A stretch of 64,000 nt of DNA. Origin: Gammaproteobacteria bacterium (GTDB taxonomy: Bacteria; Pseudomonadota; Gammaproteobacteria; Eutrophobiales; Eutrophobiaceae). Below are positions 52,780 through 63,326 of this stretch, piece by piece. How positions within the stretch are numbered: the stretch's first letter is position 1; each line of letters starts with the position of its first letter. Made by a program: the position numbers and the translations under genes. The stretch spans positions 3,808,001 to 3,872,000 of the forward strand of contig OZ220696.1 in NCBI GenBank assembly GCA_965116495.1. The letters are read 5' to 3'. The notes beneath the pieces were generated by a model that was given only the letters and a program-made list of their open reading frames with translations, ran no database searches and was not told the DNA's origin.

Positions 52780-54963
52780 ATGAAGCGACGCGCATTCCTG
52801 GTTGCCGGCGGATTCCTGGGCGGCGGCTTGGCGCTGGGCTATTTCTTTACCCCCAACCGGCTGGCGCAAACAGCCGTTTCAACGCCTGAACAAACCTGGC
52901 TGACCTCCTGGGTCGGCATCAATGCCGATAATACGATCACGGTCCTGGTCCCGCAGGCGGAAATGGGGCAGGGTATCCTGACCGCACTGCCGATGATGCT
53001 GGCGGAAGAGATGGAAGCGGACTGGTCTCTCGTCAGCGTCAAACAAGCTCCCGCAGAGGAGATTTACGTAACGGACAAGATTGCCCGGGGTTTCAAGCTC
53101 GGCGCGGTGGATGTGCCGAAGCCTCTACAGAGACTGCTGGATTATTCGCTGTACAAGGTTTCGGGCAGGCTGAACCTGCAACTGACCGGGGGGAGCACCA
53201 GCGTCAGGTTTACCGGACAGTGGGGGATGCGGGTCGCCGGGGCTGCAGCCAGGGACATGCTGCTCCGGGCCGCGGCTGAACAGTGGGGAGTGGCGCAGTC
53301 TGAATGCCATGCACAATCAAGCCATATTCATCATGCTGCCAGTGGTCGTTCCAGCCGTTATGTGGACCTGGCCGCGCGCGCGGCGGAACTTACGCCCTCA
53401 CTGACCCCGACGCTGAAAGCCAGGAAGGATTATGTCATCTGCGGCAAACCTGTCGCACCTGTTGACCTGGCGCACAAGCTAACCGGCGCCCTGGATTACG
53501 CCATCGACCTCAAGCTGGATAATATGAAGGTTGCAGCCGTTCGCCACGCACCCGTTTTTGGCGGAGATATCGTGTCCCTTGAACCTGACTCCGTTAAATC
53601 CCTGCCCGGGGTAACAGATGTGGTGCAAATACCCGGTGCAGTTGTTGTGACGGCGGATAACTACTGGCGCGCAAACCAGGCGCTTTCCCGGCTGGCAGTC
53701 GAGTCCGGGGATGGCGGCAACGGTGCTTTCAACTCCGGGCAGATGCACAGGGACTTCAGCGCCGCCCTGGACGCCGGGGAATATGAAATTGATTTTGAAC
53801 AGGGAGACGCTACAGAAACCATTTTGGGGACAGGTGCCGCCGTGGAAGCTGAATATCGAATACCTTTCCTGGCCCACGCCCCCATGGAGCCGGTGAATTG
53901 CGCCGTCTGGCGCCACGACGGACAACTGGAGGTGTGGGCGGGCACCCAGGACCCGCTGGGTACCCGCGCACTGGCCGCGCAGGCTGCCGCCATGGATATG
54001 AAAAATGTAACCGTACACCCGTTCCCGATGGGCGGCAGTTTCGGGCGCAAGTCATCGTTCTGCGGCAACTTCATCGAGGACGCAGTGCATACCGCCATGC
54101 GTGTGCCGTATCCGGTCAAGGTTGTCTGGTCCCGTGAAGAAGACATCCGCCATGACTGCTACCGCCCGGCGGAATTCAGCCGCTTCAAAGCGTGGCTGAA
54201 TGCTGACCGTAAACCCGCGACCTGGTTGAATTACTATACCGATACCGGCCTCAACAGCGACGGTGACGCTGCGTTTATACCCTACGCGGTAGCCCATCAG
54301 CAGGTTGGCAGGGCGCTCTGTAATACCCCGGTCCCGTTCGGTTACTGGCGTAGTGTGCAACATTCCTGCCAGGGTTTTTTTATCGAATCATTTATTGATG
54401 AACTGGCGCAGCACGCGGCGCTCGACCCACTTGAATACCGTCTTGATCTACTGCGCGAACAGCCGCGCCATCAAGCCGTATTGCAGTTGGTGGCGGAGAA
54501 AATCGGCTGGGGTCGCCCCCTGCCGGCAAATTCGGGTATGGGAATTGCCGTCGTTGCCAGCTTCGGTTCAATCGTGGCGCAGGCAGTACAGGTGGCCGTT
54601 TCCAGCGGCAGGCTGCGTGTGGAAAAAGTGGTGGCTGCGGTTGACCCGGGTGAAGTCATCAATCCCGCCGTTGCCCGGGACCAGGTTGAAGGTGGCATCA
54701 TCTACGGCCTGAGCGCGGCTTTGTACGGTAATATCAGTATCGATGCAGGCCGGGTAACGCAAAGTAATTTTCACGATTACAGGATGGTGCGTATGGCCGG
54801 TGCGCCGCCCATGGAAGTGCATTTTATTGAGAGCGGTGAGGCGATAGGCGGTATGGGGGAAGTAGGCACGCCGCCCATCGCACCGGCTTTGTGTAATGCC
54901 ATATTTGCTGCAAGCGGACAACGTATCCGGCGTCTCCCGTTACAGGATCAGCTATCGGTGTAG
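52780..54963 (+). CDS. Molybdopterin-binding oxidoreductase large subunit (IorB-like), Tat signal
   Basis: MKRRAFL, EMGQG, TGGSTS, GGSFGR, WRSV, GGMGE. Confidence 0.9.
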   Translation: MKRRAFLVAGGFLGGGLALGYFFTPNRLAQTAVSTPEQTWLTSWVGINADNTITVLVPQAEMGQGILTALPMMLAEEMEADWSLVSVKQAPAEEIYVTDKIARGFKLGAVDVPKPLQRLLDYSLYKVSGRLNLQLTGGSTSVRFTGQWGMRVAGAAARDMLLRAAAEQWGVAQSECHAQSSHIHHAASGRSSRYVDLAARAAELTPSLTPTLKARKDYVICGKPVAPVDLAHKLTGALDYAIDLKLDNMKVAAVRHAPVFGGDIVSLEPDSVKSLPGVTDVVQIPGAVVVTADNYWRANQALSRLAVESGDGGNGAFNSGQMHRDFSAALDAGEYEIDFEQGDATETILGTGAAVEAEYRIPFLAHAPMEPVNCAVWRHDGQLEVWAGTQDPLGTRALAAQAAAMDMKNVTVHPFPMGGSFGRKSSFCGNFIEDAVHTAMRVPYPVKVVWSREEDIRHDCYRPAEFSRFKAWLNADRKPATWLNYYTDTGLNSDGDAAFIPYAVAHQQVGRALCNTPVPFGYWRSVQHSCQGFFIESFIDELAQHAALDPLEYRLDLLREQPRHQAVLQLVAEKIGWGRPLPANSGMGIAVVASFGSIVAQAVQVAVSSGRLRVEKVVAAVDPGEVINPAVARDQVEGGIIYGLSAALYGNISIDAGRVTQSNFHDYRMVRMAGAPPMEVHFIESGEAIGGMGEVGTPPIAPALCNAIFAASGQRIRRLPLQDQLSV

Positions 54964-55119
54964 CAGCGCAAGCCCCACTTCCGATGCTGAAACTGAAGCA
55001 GACAGAAACTTTATTATTGACATCATGCATCATGACGAACTGCATGTGCGTATTGAATTAACGCCGGCCGATCCCGTCAGCACATACTGGCGGAAAGGTC
55101 GCTATTGCATTGAACCATT

Positions 55120-55965
55120 ATGAGACTGACCGGTGACGAATTCAGGCGCTGGGGGCATAAATCCGTAACGCTGCTGGGCATGTCCGGGGTCGGCAAGACC
55201 ACCCTGGCAAGGAAGCTGCGCCGGCACAACTGGTTCCATTATTCCGGTGATTACCGGATCGGCACCCGTTACCTGGATGAGCCTATCCTGGATAATATCA
55301 AGCAGCATGTCATGCAGATCCCGTTTACCCGGGAATTGCTGCGCTCCGATTCGATTTACATTACCAATAACCTTGATATCGACAACCTGAAACCGCTTTC
55401 AAGTTTCCTGGGCAAACTGGGTAACCCGGAACTGGATGGGCTGGACCTGAAGGAGTTCAAGCGGCGCCAGGAATTGCACCGGGTCGCGGAGATCAACTCC
55501 ATGAACGACGTGCCGGAGTTCATGCAAAGAGCCCGTGAAGTATACGGCTATGCGCATTTTGTTAATGACGCCGGCGGCAGCCTGTGCGAAATGGACGATG
55601 ACGTGATCAGGCTGCTGGCGGACCACACCCTGGTATTGTACATGGAGGCTACTGCAGGAGATGAGAAGGAATTGAAAGCGCGGGCCGAGCTGGACCCCAA
55701 ACCATTGTATTACCAGGAGAGCTTCCTGGATGAACAGCTGGCGGAATACATGCGTGAACGGAACCTGGACTATATTGCCCTGATTGATCCCGATGATTTT
55801 GTCAGGTGGGTATTTCCCAAGTTGTTTCGCGCCCGCATTCCACGCTATGAGAACATCGCCGCCAGTTATGGTTACAGTGTCGCTACCGATGAGGTGCTTG
55901 CCGTTGAATCCGAACAGGACTTCATCGATGTCATCGCCGGTGTCCTGGACCGGCAGGCGCGCTAG
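55120..55965 (+). CDS. Uncharacterised P-loop NTPase
   Basis: GMSGVGKT, DYRIGTRYL, DAGGSLCE; 3 bp from metA. Confidence 0.85.
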   Translation: MRLTGDEFRRWGHKSVTLLGMSGVGKTTLARKLRRHNWFHYSGDYRIGTRYLDEPILDNIKQHVMQIPFTRELLRSDSIYITNNLDIDNLKPLSSFLGKLGNPELDGLDLKEFKRRQELHRVAEINSMNDVPEFMQRAREVYGYAHFVNDAGGSLCEMDDDVIRLLADHTLVLYMEATAGDEKELKARAELDPKPLYYQESFLDEQLAEYMRERNLDYIALIDPDDFVRWVFPKLFRARIPRYENIAASYGYSVATDEVLAVESEQDFIDVIAGVLDRQAR

Positions 55966-55968
55966 ATA

Positions 55969-56982
55969 ATGCCGTTAATCGCTAATACTGACCTGCCCAG
56001 CTTTGCGCGACTGCAAAGTGAAGGCAGTCTCGTCATACCCCGGGATACCGCCATGACCCGGGAAGTGCACGAACTGCACATCGGCTTGCTCAACATGATG
56101 CCGGACAAGGCCCTGGAGGCGACGGAAAGACAGTTTTTCCGGCTTGTCGGCGAAAGCAACCAGATAGCCAGGTTTTACCTGCACCCGTTTACCCTGAAGG
56201 AATTGCAGCGCAGCAGGGAAGGCCGGGAGCACGTGGAGAGGTATTACAAGAGTTTTGAGCAAATCCAGTCCGACGGCCTGGATGCATTGATTATTACCGG
56301 CGCCAACGTGGTCGACCCCGCCCTGGACCGGCAGGAATTCTGGGCGCCGTTGATCGACGTGGTCGACTGGGCCTGCGCCGGCGTAACGTCCATACTGTGT
56401 TCCTGCCTGGCCACCCATGCGGTATTGCAGTTCCGCTACAAGCAGAAGCGCATCCCCTTGTCCGGGAAGTGCTGGGGTGTTTATTCGCACCGGGTCAGGG
56501 ACCGTTCGCACCCGCTGGTGTCCGGCGTCAATACGCGTTTTGATGTCCCGCACTCCCGGTTTAACGCGGTAACGCCGCAACAGTTTGCCGAAGCCGGCCT
56601 GAACGTCCTGGTCGAAAGCGAACGGGCCGGGGTTCATCTGGCTGCCAGCGAAGACGGTTTACGCCTGGTTTTTTTCCAGGGCCATCCCGAATACGACGCG
56701 AACAGCCTGTTCAAGGAATACAAACGCGAGGTGTTGCGTTATATAGGGGGAGAAACGGACATTTATCCGCCGTTCCCGCAGAATTATTTCAGCCTGCAGA
56801 CCCGGGCGATACTGGTCGAGTACCGGGAACGCGTCGTGGCCGCGAGGAAGCGCGGACGGGAACTGCCGGAATTCCCCGAGCAACTGATCAGCCCTGCTCT
56901 TGACAATACCTGGCACGACAGCGGTGAAGCCGTGATCAACAACTGGATAGGACAGGTCTACCGGTTAACCCACCCGGGTTAG
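55969..56982 (+). CDS. metA: Homoserine O-acyltransferase (probably succinyl)
   Basis: LNMMP, ITGAN, CSCLA, PHSR, GHPEY; no Glu at the acetyl-specificity position. Confidence 0.93.
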   Translation: MPLIANTDLPSFARLQSEGSLVIPRDTAMTREVHELHIGLLNMMPDKALEATERQFFRLVGESNQIARFYLHPFTLKELQRSREGREHVERYYKSFEQIQSDGLDALIITGANVVDPALDRQEFWAPLIDVVDWACAGVTSILCSCLATHAVLQFRYKQKRIPLSGKCWGVYSHRVRDRSHPLVSGVNTRFDVPHSRFNAVTPQQFAEAGLNVLVESERAGVHLAASEDGLRLVFFQGHPEYDANSLFKEYKREVLRYIGGETDIYPPFPQNYFSLQTRAILVEYRERVVAARKRGRELPEFPEQLISPALDNTWHDSGEAVINNWIGQVYRLTHPG

Positions 56983-57332
56983 CCGTCTTCTTTTTTCCTG
57001 GCGGGGGAACGGGTTGATCTACGTCTGGTCCTTGGCTTTGCCGCCGGCACGGTCTTCTCACCTGCGGGCCAGGGATTGAAGGGAAAAGGACGTTCGTCTG
57101 ACTGGAAAGTGATATAACCCAGGATCTGGGAGATGTAACGGGTCAGGCCGACACTGAAATCCGCCAGTTGCCGGTTCAGGCTGCCCGTCACGACCTTGCT
57201 GATGAATTGAAACGCAACCAGCAGCCAGACCAGGATAATTACGAAATAAAGAATGGCGCCGAAGATAATGATAAACAGGCCGCGCAGCCACACGTCACGA
57301 TTTTTTACATTTTCTTTTATGTCCACTGACAT
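56979..57332 (-). CDS. DUF4389-family membrane protein
   Basis: WLRGLF, YITFQSDERPFPF. Confidence 0.85.
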   Translation of the reverse strand: MSVDIKENVKNRDVWLRGLFIIIFGAILYFVIILVWLLVAFQFISKVVTGSLNRQLADFSVGLTRYISQILGYITFQSDERPFPFNPWPAGEKTVPAAKPRTRRRSTRSPARKKEDG

Positions 57333-57403
57333 TCTCCAGGTTACGGATAAACCAGATCAGATTATCCAGAAATATTAGGTTTTCGGCAACGGGATTCCGG
57401 CGC

Positions 57404-59236
57404 TCATTCGTCCAGTGTGAACGTCAGTATCTCATCACCGACCTTGTAGCCGAACAGGGAATTCCCTCCCGCGGCCACGGTAATATATTGTTTTCCGTTG
57501 AGCATATAGCTGACGGGCGGCGCATTCACGCCGTATTCACTCTCATGCTGCCACAAGGGTGCGCCAGTGTGTGCGTCGTAGGCGACAAACCTGCCGTTTC
57601 CCTCACCGGCAAATACCAGGTCGCCGGCCGTGACCAGCGCTCCGCCGACCATGGGCCGCGCCACTTTTTGCTGCCAGCTCAGTTTTCCGGATACGACGTC
57701 GATGGCACTGAGTACGCCCCAATCCGGTTCATCGGCTTTGCGGAAAAAAGTGTAGCTCTGCCAGGGCGCGCCCGGCTTCGGTTCCAGTTTGCGGGAATAG
57801 AACAGGGAAGGCTGGTATATGCCTGCGATATAGACCTGTTGCAGGCCGGGATGGTAGGCGGCCGGAGACCATGACACCGCGCCCAGGGTGCCGGGCACGA
57901 TGCGTACGCCTGCGCTTGAAGGCCGCGCGAACAGGTTTTCCTGCTCGATGAAAGCCTCGCTGCGCCGGATCAGTTTACCGGTCTGCCGGTCATGGATGAA
58001 GAACCAGCCGAGCTTGCTGGCCTGCCCGACCGCCCTGATGGTTTTACCGTTTTCGACCAGGTCAAACAACAGCGGCGGGCTGGCGACGTCATATCCCCAG
58101 CGGTCATGGGGAACCTGCTGGTAATGCCAGCGCAGCTTGCCGGTGTCCGCTTCCAGGGCGACCAGGCTGACGGTGTACAGGTTGTCGCCGGGACGGGTTG
58201 AGGCGTCCATCTGCGGCGACGGGTTGCCGGTGCCGATGTAAACCAGGCCGAGTTCAGGGTCAATGGCCGGTGTCGTAAAGATCGAACCGCCGCCGTAACG
58301 CCAGGTGTCGGCATAGGTCTTGTTGGCGCGCCGCTCGGCCTTCAGGTCCCGGTTCAGTGCAACGCCATACCTGGTTTCCTCACGCCATTTGCCCTGCCAG
58401 CCGGATTCAGCGGTACTGTACCAGCGCCAGATTTCCGTACCGGTCTCCGTGTCGTAAGCAACGATGAAACCCCTTAATCCGTGTCCGCCACCGGACAGGC
58501 CGCCCACAGACAATACGTATTCGCCGTCCTGCTCCAGGTCCATGTGCAGTCCGTAACCCGCGCCGGAAATACCCACCAGGACCTTATCGGCAAAGACCTG
58601 TGGGGCCAGGTTGGCAGTGTAACCGGTCTGCCCCGATTGTCTGGCGCCTTGCAGTTCGTCGACACCGAGGAGCGGGTCGAGTTGCTCCGCCTTGCCGGCA
58701 TCGGCGTCCGTGATTTCCACGTCCCAGAGCAGCTTGCCCGTATTCCGTTCCAGGGCGATCAGTCTGGCGTCGATGGTCACGCTGTAGACCTTGTCAGCCG
58801 TCAGTGCAGGTCCGCGGTTGGCGGGCCCGCAGCAGAAACTCCCGTCTGCCAGGTCGTGCCGGTAACGCCACAACACCTTGCCCGTGTCCGCGCGCAGGGC
58901 GATGACGTCATTGTAAGGGGTCGTAATGTACATGACTCCATCCCGTATGACAGGCGAGGTCTGGAACGAGCCGAACTTGCCGGTGTTGAAACGCCAGGCC
59001 AGCCGCAACCGGTCCACGTTGCTGCTGTTGACCTGGGACAAGGGGCTGAATCGCTGGTTATCATAGGTGCGCCCGTACAGGGGCCAATCGCTGCTGTCGG
59101 TCAGCTTGACCGCCGCGCAGGCGGGTTGTGAAAACAGGTAAAACAACAGCGGGATCAGGCTGTTACTGCTGCGCCGGGTGACCGTTCGGAGACGCTTCCG
59201 GTAACGCACAGGAATAAGATCAATGAATGGTTTCAT
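57404..59236 (-). CDS. PQQ-binding beta-propeller dehydrogenase-like protein
   Basis: RFSPLSQVN, CCGPANRG, GTGNPSP, Trp-docking repeats, GKQYITVAAG; start uncertain. Confidence 0.88.
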   Translation of the reverse strand: MKPFIDLIPVRYRKRLRTVTRRSSNSLIPLLFYLFSQPACAAVKLTDSSDWPLYGRTYDNQRFSPLSQVNSSNVDRLRLAWRFNTGKFGSFQTSPVIRDGVMYITTPYNDVIALRADTGKVLWRYRHDLADGSFCCGPANRGPALTADKVYSVTIDARLIALERNTGKLLWDVEITDADAGKAEQLDPLLGVDELQGARQSGQTGYTANLAPQVFADKVLVGISGAGYGLHMDLEQDGEYVLSVGGLSGGGHGLRGFIVAYDTETGTEIWRWYSTAESGWQGKWREETRYGVALNRDLKAERRANKTYADTWRYGGGSIFTTPAIDPELGLVYIGTGNPSPQMDASTRPGDNLYTVSLVALEADTGKLRWHYQQVPHDRWGYDVASPPLLFDLVENGKTIRAVGQASKLGWFFIHDRQTGKLIRRSEAFIEQENLFARPSSAGVRIVPGTLGAVSWSPAAYHPGLQQVYIAGIYQPSLFYSRKLEPKPGAPWQSYTFFRKADEPDWGVLSAIDVVSGKLSWQQKVARPMVGGALVTAGDLVFAGEGNGRFVAYDAHTGAPLWQHESEYGVNAPPVSYMLNGKQYITVAAGGNSLFGYKVGDEILTFTLDE

Positions 59237-59298
59237 TACCGGTTAGAATAACATCTTTACAGCAGTTCCCGGCATTCTTTTATGAGCGATCAGGACAG

Positions 59299-60210
59299 GT
59301 GAGCACTACAACGCTTTTTCCATTGGGCGCTATCGCCATCAGCGTCATTTCCTACCTGCATCCGGGATTGCTGCTCTCTTTCAAGGGATACATCGTTCCC
59401 CTGCTTGGCCTGGTCATGCTGGGCATGGGTATGACCCTGCGTCCGGATAACTTCAGGAATGTACTCAGAACACCCAAACCGGTCACGCTGGGCGTTGCTC
59501 TGCAGTTTATCCTGATGCCGTTCATGGCATGGATGGTAGCCGGGTCCATGGGGCTGCCGCTTGAGCTGGTGCTGGGCATGGTGCTGGTGGGTTCGTGCCC
59601 GGGTGGTACCGCATCCAATATCATCTGCTACTTGGCGAAAGGCGAGGTTGCTGTATCCATTACCCTGACGGCCGTGTCTACGCTGCTGGCGGTATTCCTG
59701 ACGCCGTTGCTGACCTGGTTGTACATCGGGCAAAAAGTCCCTGTGCCGGTATTGGCCATGATGCTCAATATCTTTGCCATCATCCTGGCGCCGGTTACCC
59801 TGGGGGTGTTCATCAATTACCGTTTCGGTGACAGGGTGCGCCTGCTCAAACGCCTGTTCCCGGGAATATCCGTCGCCGCTGTCATCCTGATCATCGGTAT
59901 CATCATTGCCAATACCCGGGACCAGCTGACCATGCTGGCGGCGCCCGTCCTGGCCGCGGTGTGCCTGCATAACCTGTCCGGGCTGGCCGGCGGCTATTGC
60001 CTGGCCTGGCTGTTCGGTTGTGACGAACGCATCCGCCGCACCCTTGCCATAGAAGTGGGAATGCAGAACTCGGGTCTCGCCATCGCCCTGGTGGAAATAG
60101 CAAAATTTCCGCTGGTCGCTGCGTTGCCCGGCGCCATTTTCAGTATCTGGCACAATATCAGCGGTTCGCTGCTCGCAGCCTTGTGGGGACGCAAATATCC
60201 CGTAAGTTAA
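59299..60210 (+). CDS. Bile acid:sodium symporter family transporter
   Basis: MLGMGMTL, CPGGTASN, EVGMQNSGLA. Confidence 0.92.
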   Translation: MSTTTLFPLGAIAISVISYLHPGLLLSFKGYIVPLLGLVMLGMGMTLRPDNFRNVLRTPKPVTLGVALQFILMPFMAWMVAGSMGLPLELVLGMVLVGSCPGGTASNIICYLAKGEVAVSITLTAVSTLLAVFLTPLLTWLYIGQKVPVPVLAMMLNIFAIILAPVTLGVFINYRFGDRVRLLKRLFPGISVAAVILIIGIIIANTRDQLTMLAAPVLAAVCLHNLSGLAGGYCLAWLFGCDERIRRTLAIEVGMQNSGLAIALVEIAKFPLVAALPGAIFSIWHNISGSLLAALWGRKYPVS

Positions 60211-60212
60211 AA

Positions 60213-60767
60213 CTAACAGGTGATAATCCGTCTCTCCGTGATGATCTTCTCCACTCGCACGTCTGTGTCGGTGGCAGGCATATCATCCACGATCTGGCAT
60301 TCATAGCACAACGCCGTTCTCGCGCAGTGCGGGTGATCGGCAAACCACTTATCATAATAGCCTTTGCCGAAGCCTATCCGGCTGCCGTCCAGGGTAAAGC
60401 CCAGGCCCGGCGTAAGACACAGGTCCACCCCGGATTGCCATTCCTCATCCGTAGCCGGCGTGAGTATGCCCAGTTGTCCAACCCGCAGGTCCGCCCAGCC
60501 GGTGAAACGGACTGCGATCATCCTGTCGCGGTTGACGATCCTGGGCACCACCACTGTTTTGCCCGATTGCCGCAGGTGATTAATAAAGGGGTGGGTATTC
60601 ACTTCATCACCTGCAGATATGTAACAGAATACCGTGCCTACCTGGCCCACGTGAGCCGGCAGGCGCGCATGAATGGCGCGGTCGAATTCAAACCGTTGGA
60701 CAGGCGCAAGCGCACGCCGGGTTTGTTTCAGGCGCTCGCGTAGGCGCGCTTTTTGTCGGCTGATCAT
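60213..60767 (-). CDS. 5-formyltetrahydrofolate cyclo-ligase
   Basis: PGLGF...RIGFGKGYYD. Confidence 0.93.
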   Translation of the reverse strand: MISRQKARLRERLKQTRRALAPVQRFEFDRAIHARLPAHVGQVGTVFCYISAGDEVNTHPFINHLRQSGKTVVVPRIVNRDRMIAVRFTGWADLRVGQLGILTPATDEEWQSGVDLCLTPGLGFTLDGSRIGFGKGYYDKWFADHPHCARTALCYECQIVDDMPATDTDVRVEKIITERRIITC

Positions 60768-60795
60768 CAGGGTGACTGTTGTCTGCCGCAGAGCA

Positions 60796-60928
60796 AATGA
60801 ATGGGGTCAGGTCGCACATTGCACATTAGCATTTCATATTCTATCTTTACCCGGTTAATGATGTTAGTGATAAGCGCCATCGATCTATCACGTCAAAATG
60901 TGCAATGTGCGACCTGACCCCATTCATT
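60796..60928. repeat. GGGGTCAG REP-like doublet, perfect 32-bp inverted repeat
   Basis: AATGAATGGGGTCAGGTCGCACATTGCACATT and its reverse complement at 60897-60928. Confidence 0.88.
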
Positions 60929-61041
60929 AAAACGCGGTTGCAAAGCATTTGTCATTTTCTTTTTAGTAAAAAAACCGTACAATACCCCATTTTTTCCGCT
61001 GTACAACTGAACCTGCCGATTGGCCGGGACAAGGTGTGTTT

Positions 61042-61302
61042 ATGGTAACAATTCGATTAGCACGAGCAGGTGCAAAGAAAAGGCCTTTTTATCATATAGT
61101 TGCAACCGATTCACGCAATCCGCGTGACGGCAGGTATATAGAGAGGCTGGGTTATTTCAATCCGATTGCAACCGGCCAGGAACAAAAATTGAGTCTGGAG
61201 CAGGAACGGATTGATTATTGGCTTTCCCAGGGGGCACAGCCCTCTGAGCGCGTAGCCGGCTTGATCAGGAATAACGCCAGAACTAAAGCCAAACCGGACT
61301 GA
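61042..61302 (+). CDS. rpsP: 30S ribosomal protein S16
   Basis: [23 protein letters not shown]. Confidence 0.98.
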   Translation: MVTIRLARAGAKKRPFYHIVATDSRNPRDGRYIERLGYFNPIATGQEQKLSLEQERIDYWLSQGAQPSERVAGLIRNNARTKAKPD

Positions 61303-61307
61303 TTTTC

Positions 61308-61844
61308 ATGCCCGGACCTGCTGGCAACGAGCCGGGAAAACGGGTCGTCATCGGTAAGCTGTCCGGCGTACATGGTGTACACGGCTGGCTGAAGGTATTC
61401 TCCTACACGGAACCCAGGGAAAATATCTTTTCGTACCACCCCTGGCTGCTGGGAGAAAGCGGGAAAAATGCCGGCGGCACATGGACTGAAGTCGAGTTTG
61501 TCGAGTGGGGATCAAGCGGGAAAACCCTGCTGGTTAAATTTCCCGGGGTCAAAGACAGGGAATCAGCGGATAAATTGATTGGTTGTCAGGTTGCTGTGCG
61601 GCGCGAACGCTTGCCGGAACCGGTGCCAGGTGAATATTACTGGGCAGACCTGTTGCACACGGAGGTTGTCGCGCTGTCGGGCAAGCGCCTGGGCAGGGTT
61701 GTTGATATCCGTGCAACCGGCGCCAATGACGTGCTGGTGGTTGAGGGTGGAAAGCGCCGCTCCATCCCGTTCGTCATGGAAGAAGTAATCAGGCAGGTAG
61801 ACCTGGATGGCGCAATCATCACGGTGGACTGGGAATGGGATTAG
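61308..61844 (+). CDS. rimM: Ribosome maturation factor RimM
   Basis: [23 protein letters not shown]. Confidence 0.96.
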   Translation: MPGPAGNEPGKRVVIGKLSGVHGVHGWLKVFSYTEPRENIFSYHPWLLGESGKNAGGTWTEVEFVEWGSSGKTLLVKFPGVKDRESADKLIGCQVAVRRERLPEPVPGEYYWADLLHTEVVALSGKRLGRVVDIRATGANDVLVVEGGKRRSIPFVMEEVIRQVDLDGAIITVDWEWD

Positions 61845-62584
61845 CTGTTTGCGTAGTCACGGTGTTTCCGGAGATGTTTGCTGCGGTCAGCGACTACGGA
61901 ATTACCGGAAAAGCCGGCCGGTCGGGGTTGCTGGAAATCAGCACTGTAAATCTGCGGGATTACGCGACCGACCGCCACCGCAGCGTTGATGACAGGCCCT
62001 ATGGCGGCGGTCCGGGCATGGTTATGACGGCACAACCGTTGCTGGCTGCCATAGGCTCTGCCAGGAAGGCATTGCCTGGGGCCGCGGTAATCTGCCTGTC
62101 GCCCCAGGGCAAGAGGCTTCGGCAGCAGGACGTCATGGCTTTTGCCGGCAGTGACTCGTTAATCCTCGTGGCAGGCCGTTACGAGGGCATTGATGAGCGG
62201 GTCATTGAACTGGAGGTCGATGCGGAGTGGTCCATCGGTGATTATGTACTCAGCGGCGGTGAGCTTCCTGCCATGGTATTGATTGATGCCGTAGCAAGGT
62301 GTTTGCCCGGCGCACTGGGAAATGAGGAATCCGTAGCGGAAGATTCTTTTTTCCGGGGGATACTGGACTGTCCCCACTACACCCGGCCGGAGCGGATTGC
62401 CGGCAGGTCGGTGCCGCCGGTATTACTGAGCGGCGATCATGACGCCATACGTAAGTGGCGTCTGAAACAGGCGCTGGGACGTACCTGGAAACGGCGCCCG
62501 GACCTGCTGGAAGCGCTGTCGCTGGAGCCTGAACAAAGGGCGCTGCTGGATGAATACATAGGAGAACAGCGGAATAATGAATGA
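61835..62584 (+). CDS. trmD: tRNA m1G37 methyltransferase
   Basis: [31 protein letters not shown]. Confidence 0.98.
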   Translation: MGLAVCVVTVFPEMFAAVSDYGITGKAGRSGLLEISTVNLRDYATDRHRSVDDRPYGGGPGMVMTAQPLLAAIGSARKALPGAAVICLSPQGKRLRQQDVMAFAGSDSLILVAGRYEGIDERVIELEVDAEWSIGDYVLSGGELPAMVLIDAVARCLPGALGNEESVAEDSFFRGILDCPHYTRPERIAGRSVPPVLLSGDHDAIRKWRLKQALGRTWKRRPDLLEALSLEPEQRALLDEYIGEQRNNE

Positions 62585-62587
62585 CTT

Positions 62588-62902
62588 TAGCCCGGATTTC
62601 TCACCAGGTCGTTTATTGCCTTTGGCTGGGTTTTTGCTATCAACCAATTATGATAATATGTTCATCATCACGTCATAACAGACTGCGCTTGATGCGCCCT
62701 CGCTTGTCTTTTTGCCGCTAGCGGGTACGTGCTCCCTCAACCAGAGCTACGGCTATGCTTTCGGTCGCAGGCACCCGCTGGCGGCACAAATTTGCTTGGA
62801 GCAGATTTGGACAACAGAAGGTTGCCCAGAGGGTGTGAGCCAGGGAAGGCGAACATCAAAAATCCGGCGCGATCATCGCATCACCTGGTGAAAAATCCGG
62901 GC
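62588..62902. mobile_element. MITE of the 40470 TIR family
   Basis: TAGCCCGGATTTCTCACCAGGT / ACCTGGTGAAAAATCCGGGC; internal segments homologous to 40574-40604, 43112-43195 and 45899-45915. Confidence 0.85.
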
Positions 62903-62919
62903 ATATGAGGTCTATAACC

Positions 62920-63276
62920 ATGGTAAATATTATTGAGCAACTCGAAGCTGAACAATGCAACCGGGAAATACCGGAGTTTAATCCCGGTGATACCGTTGTT
63001 GTACAGGTTAAAGTGGTGGAAGGCCAGCGCGAGCGGTTACAGGCATTTGAGGGCACGGTGATCGCGAAGAAGAACCGGGGCCTTAATTCCTCATTCACGG
63101 TGCGCAAAATCTCTTATGGTGAAGGCGTGGAACGAGTGTTCCAGACTCACAGCCCGAGTATTGCCAATATCTCCGTGAAGCGGCGCGGAGACGTGAGACG
63201 GGCGAAACTGTATTACATGCGCAGCCGGCGCGGCAAGGCGGCCAGGATCAAGGAAAAAATCAAACCCTCATCCTGA
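62920..63276 (+). CDS. rplS: 50S ribosomal protein L19
   Basis: [29 protein letters not shown]. Confidence 0.98.
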   Translation: MVNIIEQLEAEQCNREIPEFNPGDTVVVQVKVVEGQRERLQAFEGTVIAKKNRGLNSSFTVRKISYGEGVERVFQTHSPSIANISVKRRGDVRRAKLYYMRSRRGKAARIKEKIKPSS

Positions 63277-63326
63277 AGTCTTTATTTATCCGCAGATGAC
63301 GCATCCCTTGTGGGTTTTGGTGGTTC

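Noticed and set aside
60768-61040. 6S RNA upstream of the 5-formyl-THF cyclo-ligase gene
   Set aside because: The long hairpin is a perfect REP-like inverted repeat of the GGGGTCAG family without recognisable 6S features; an Rfam scan would settle it
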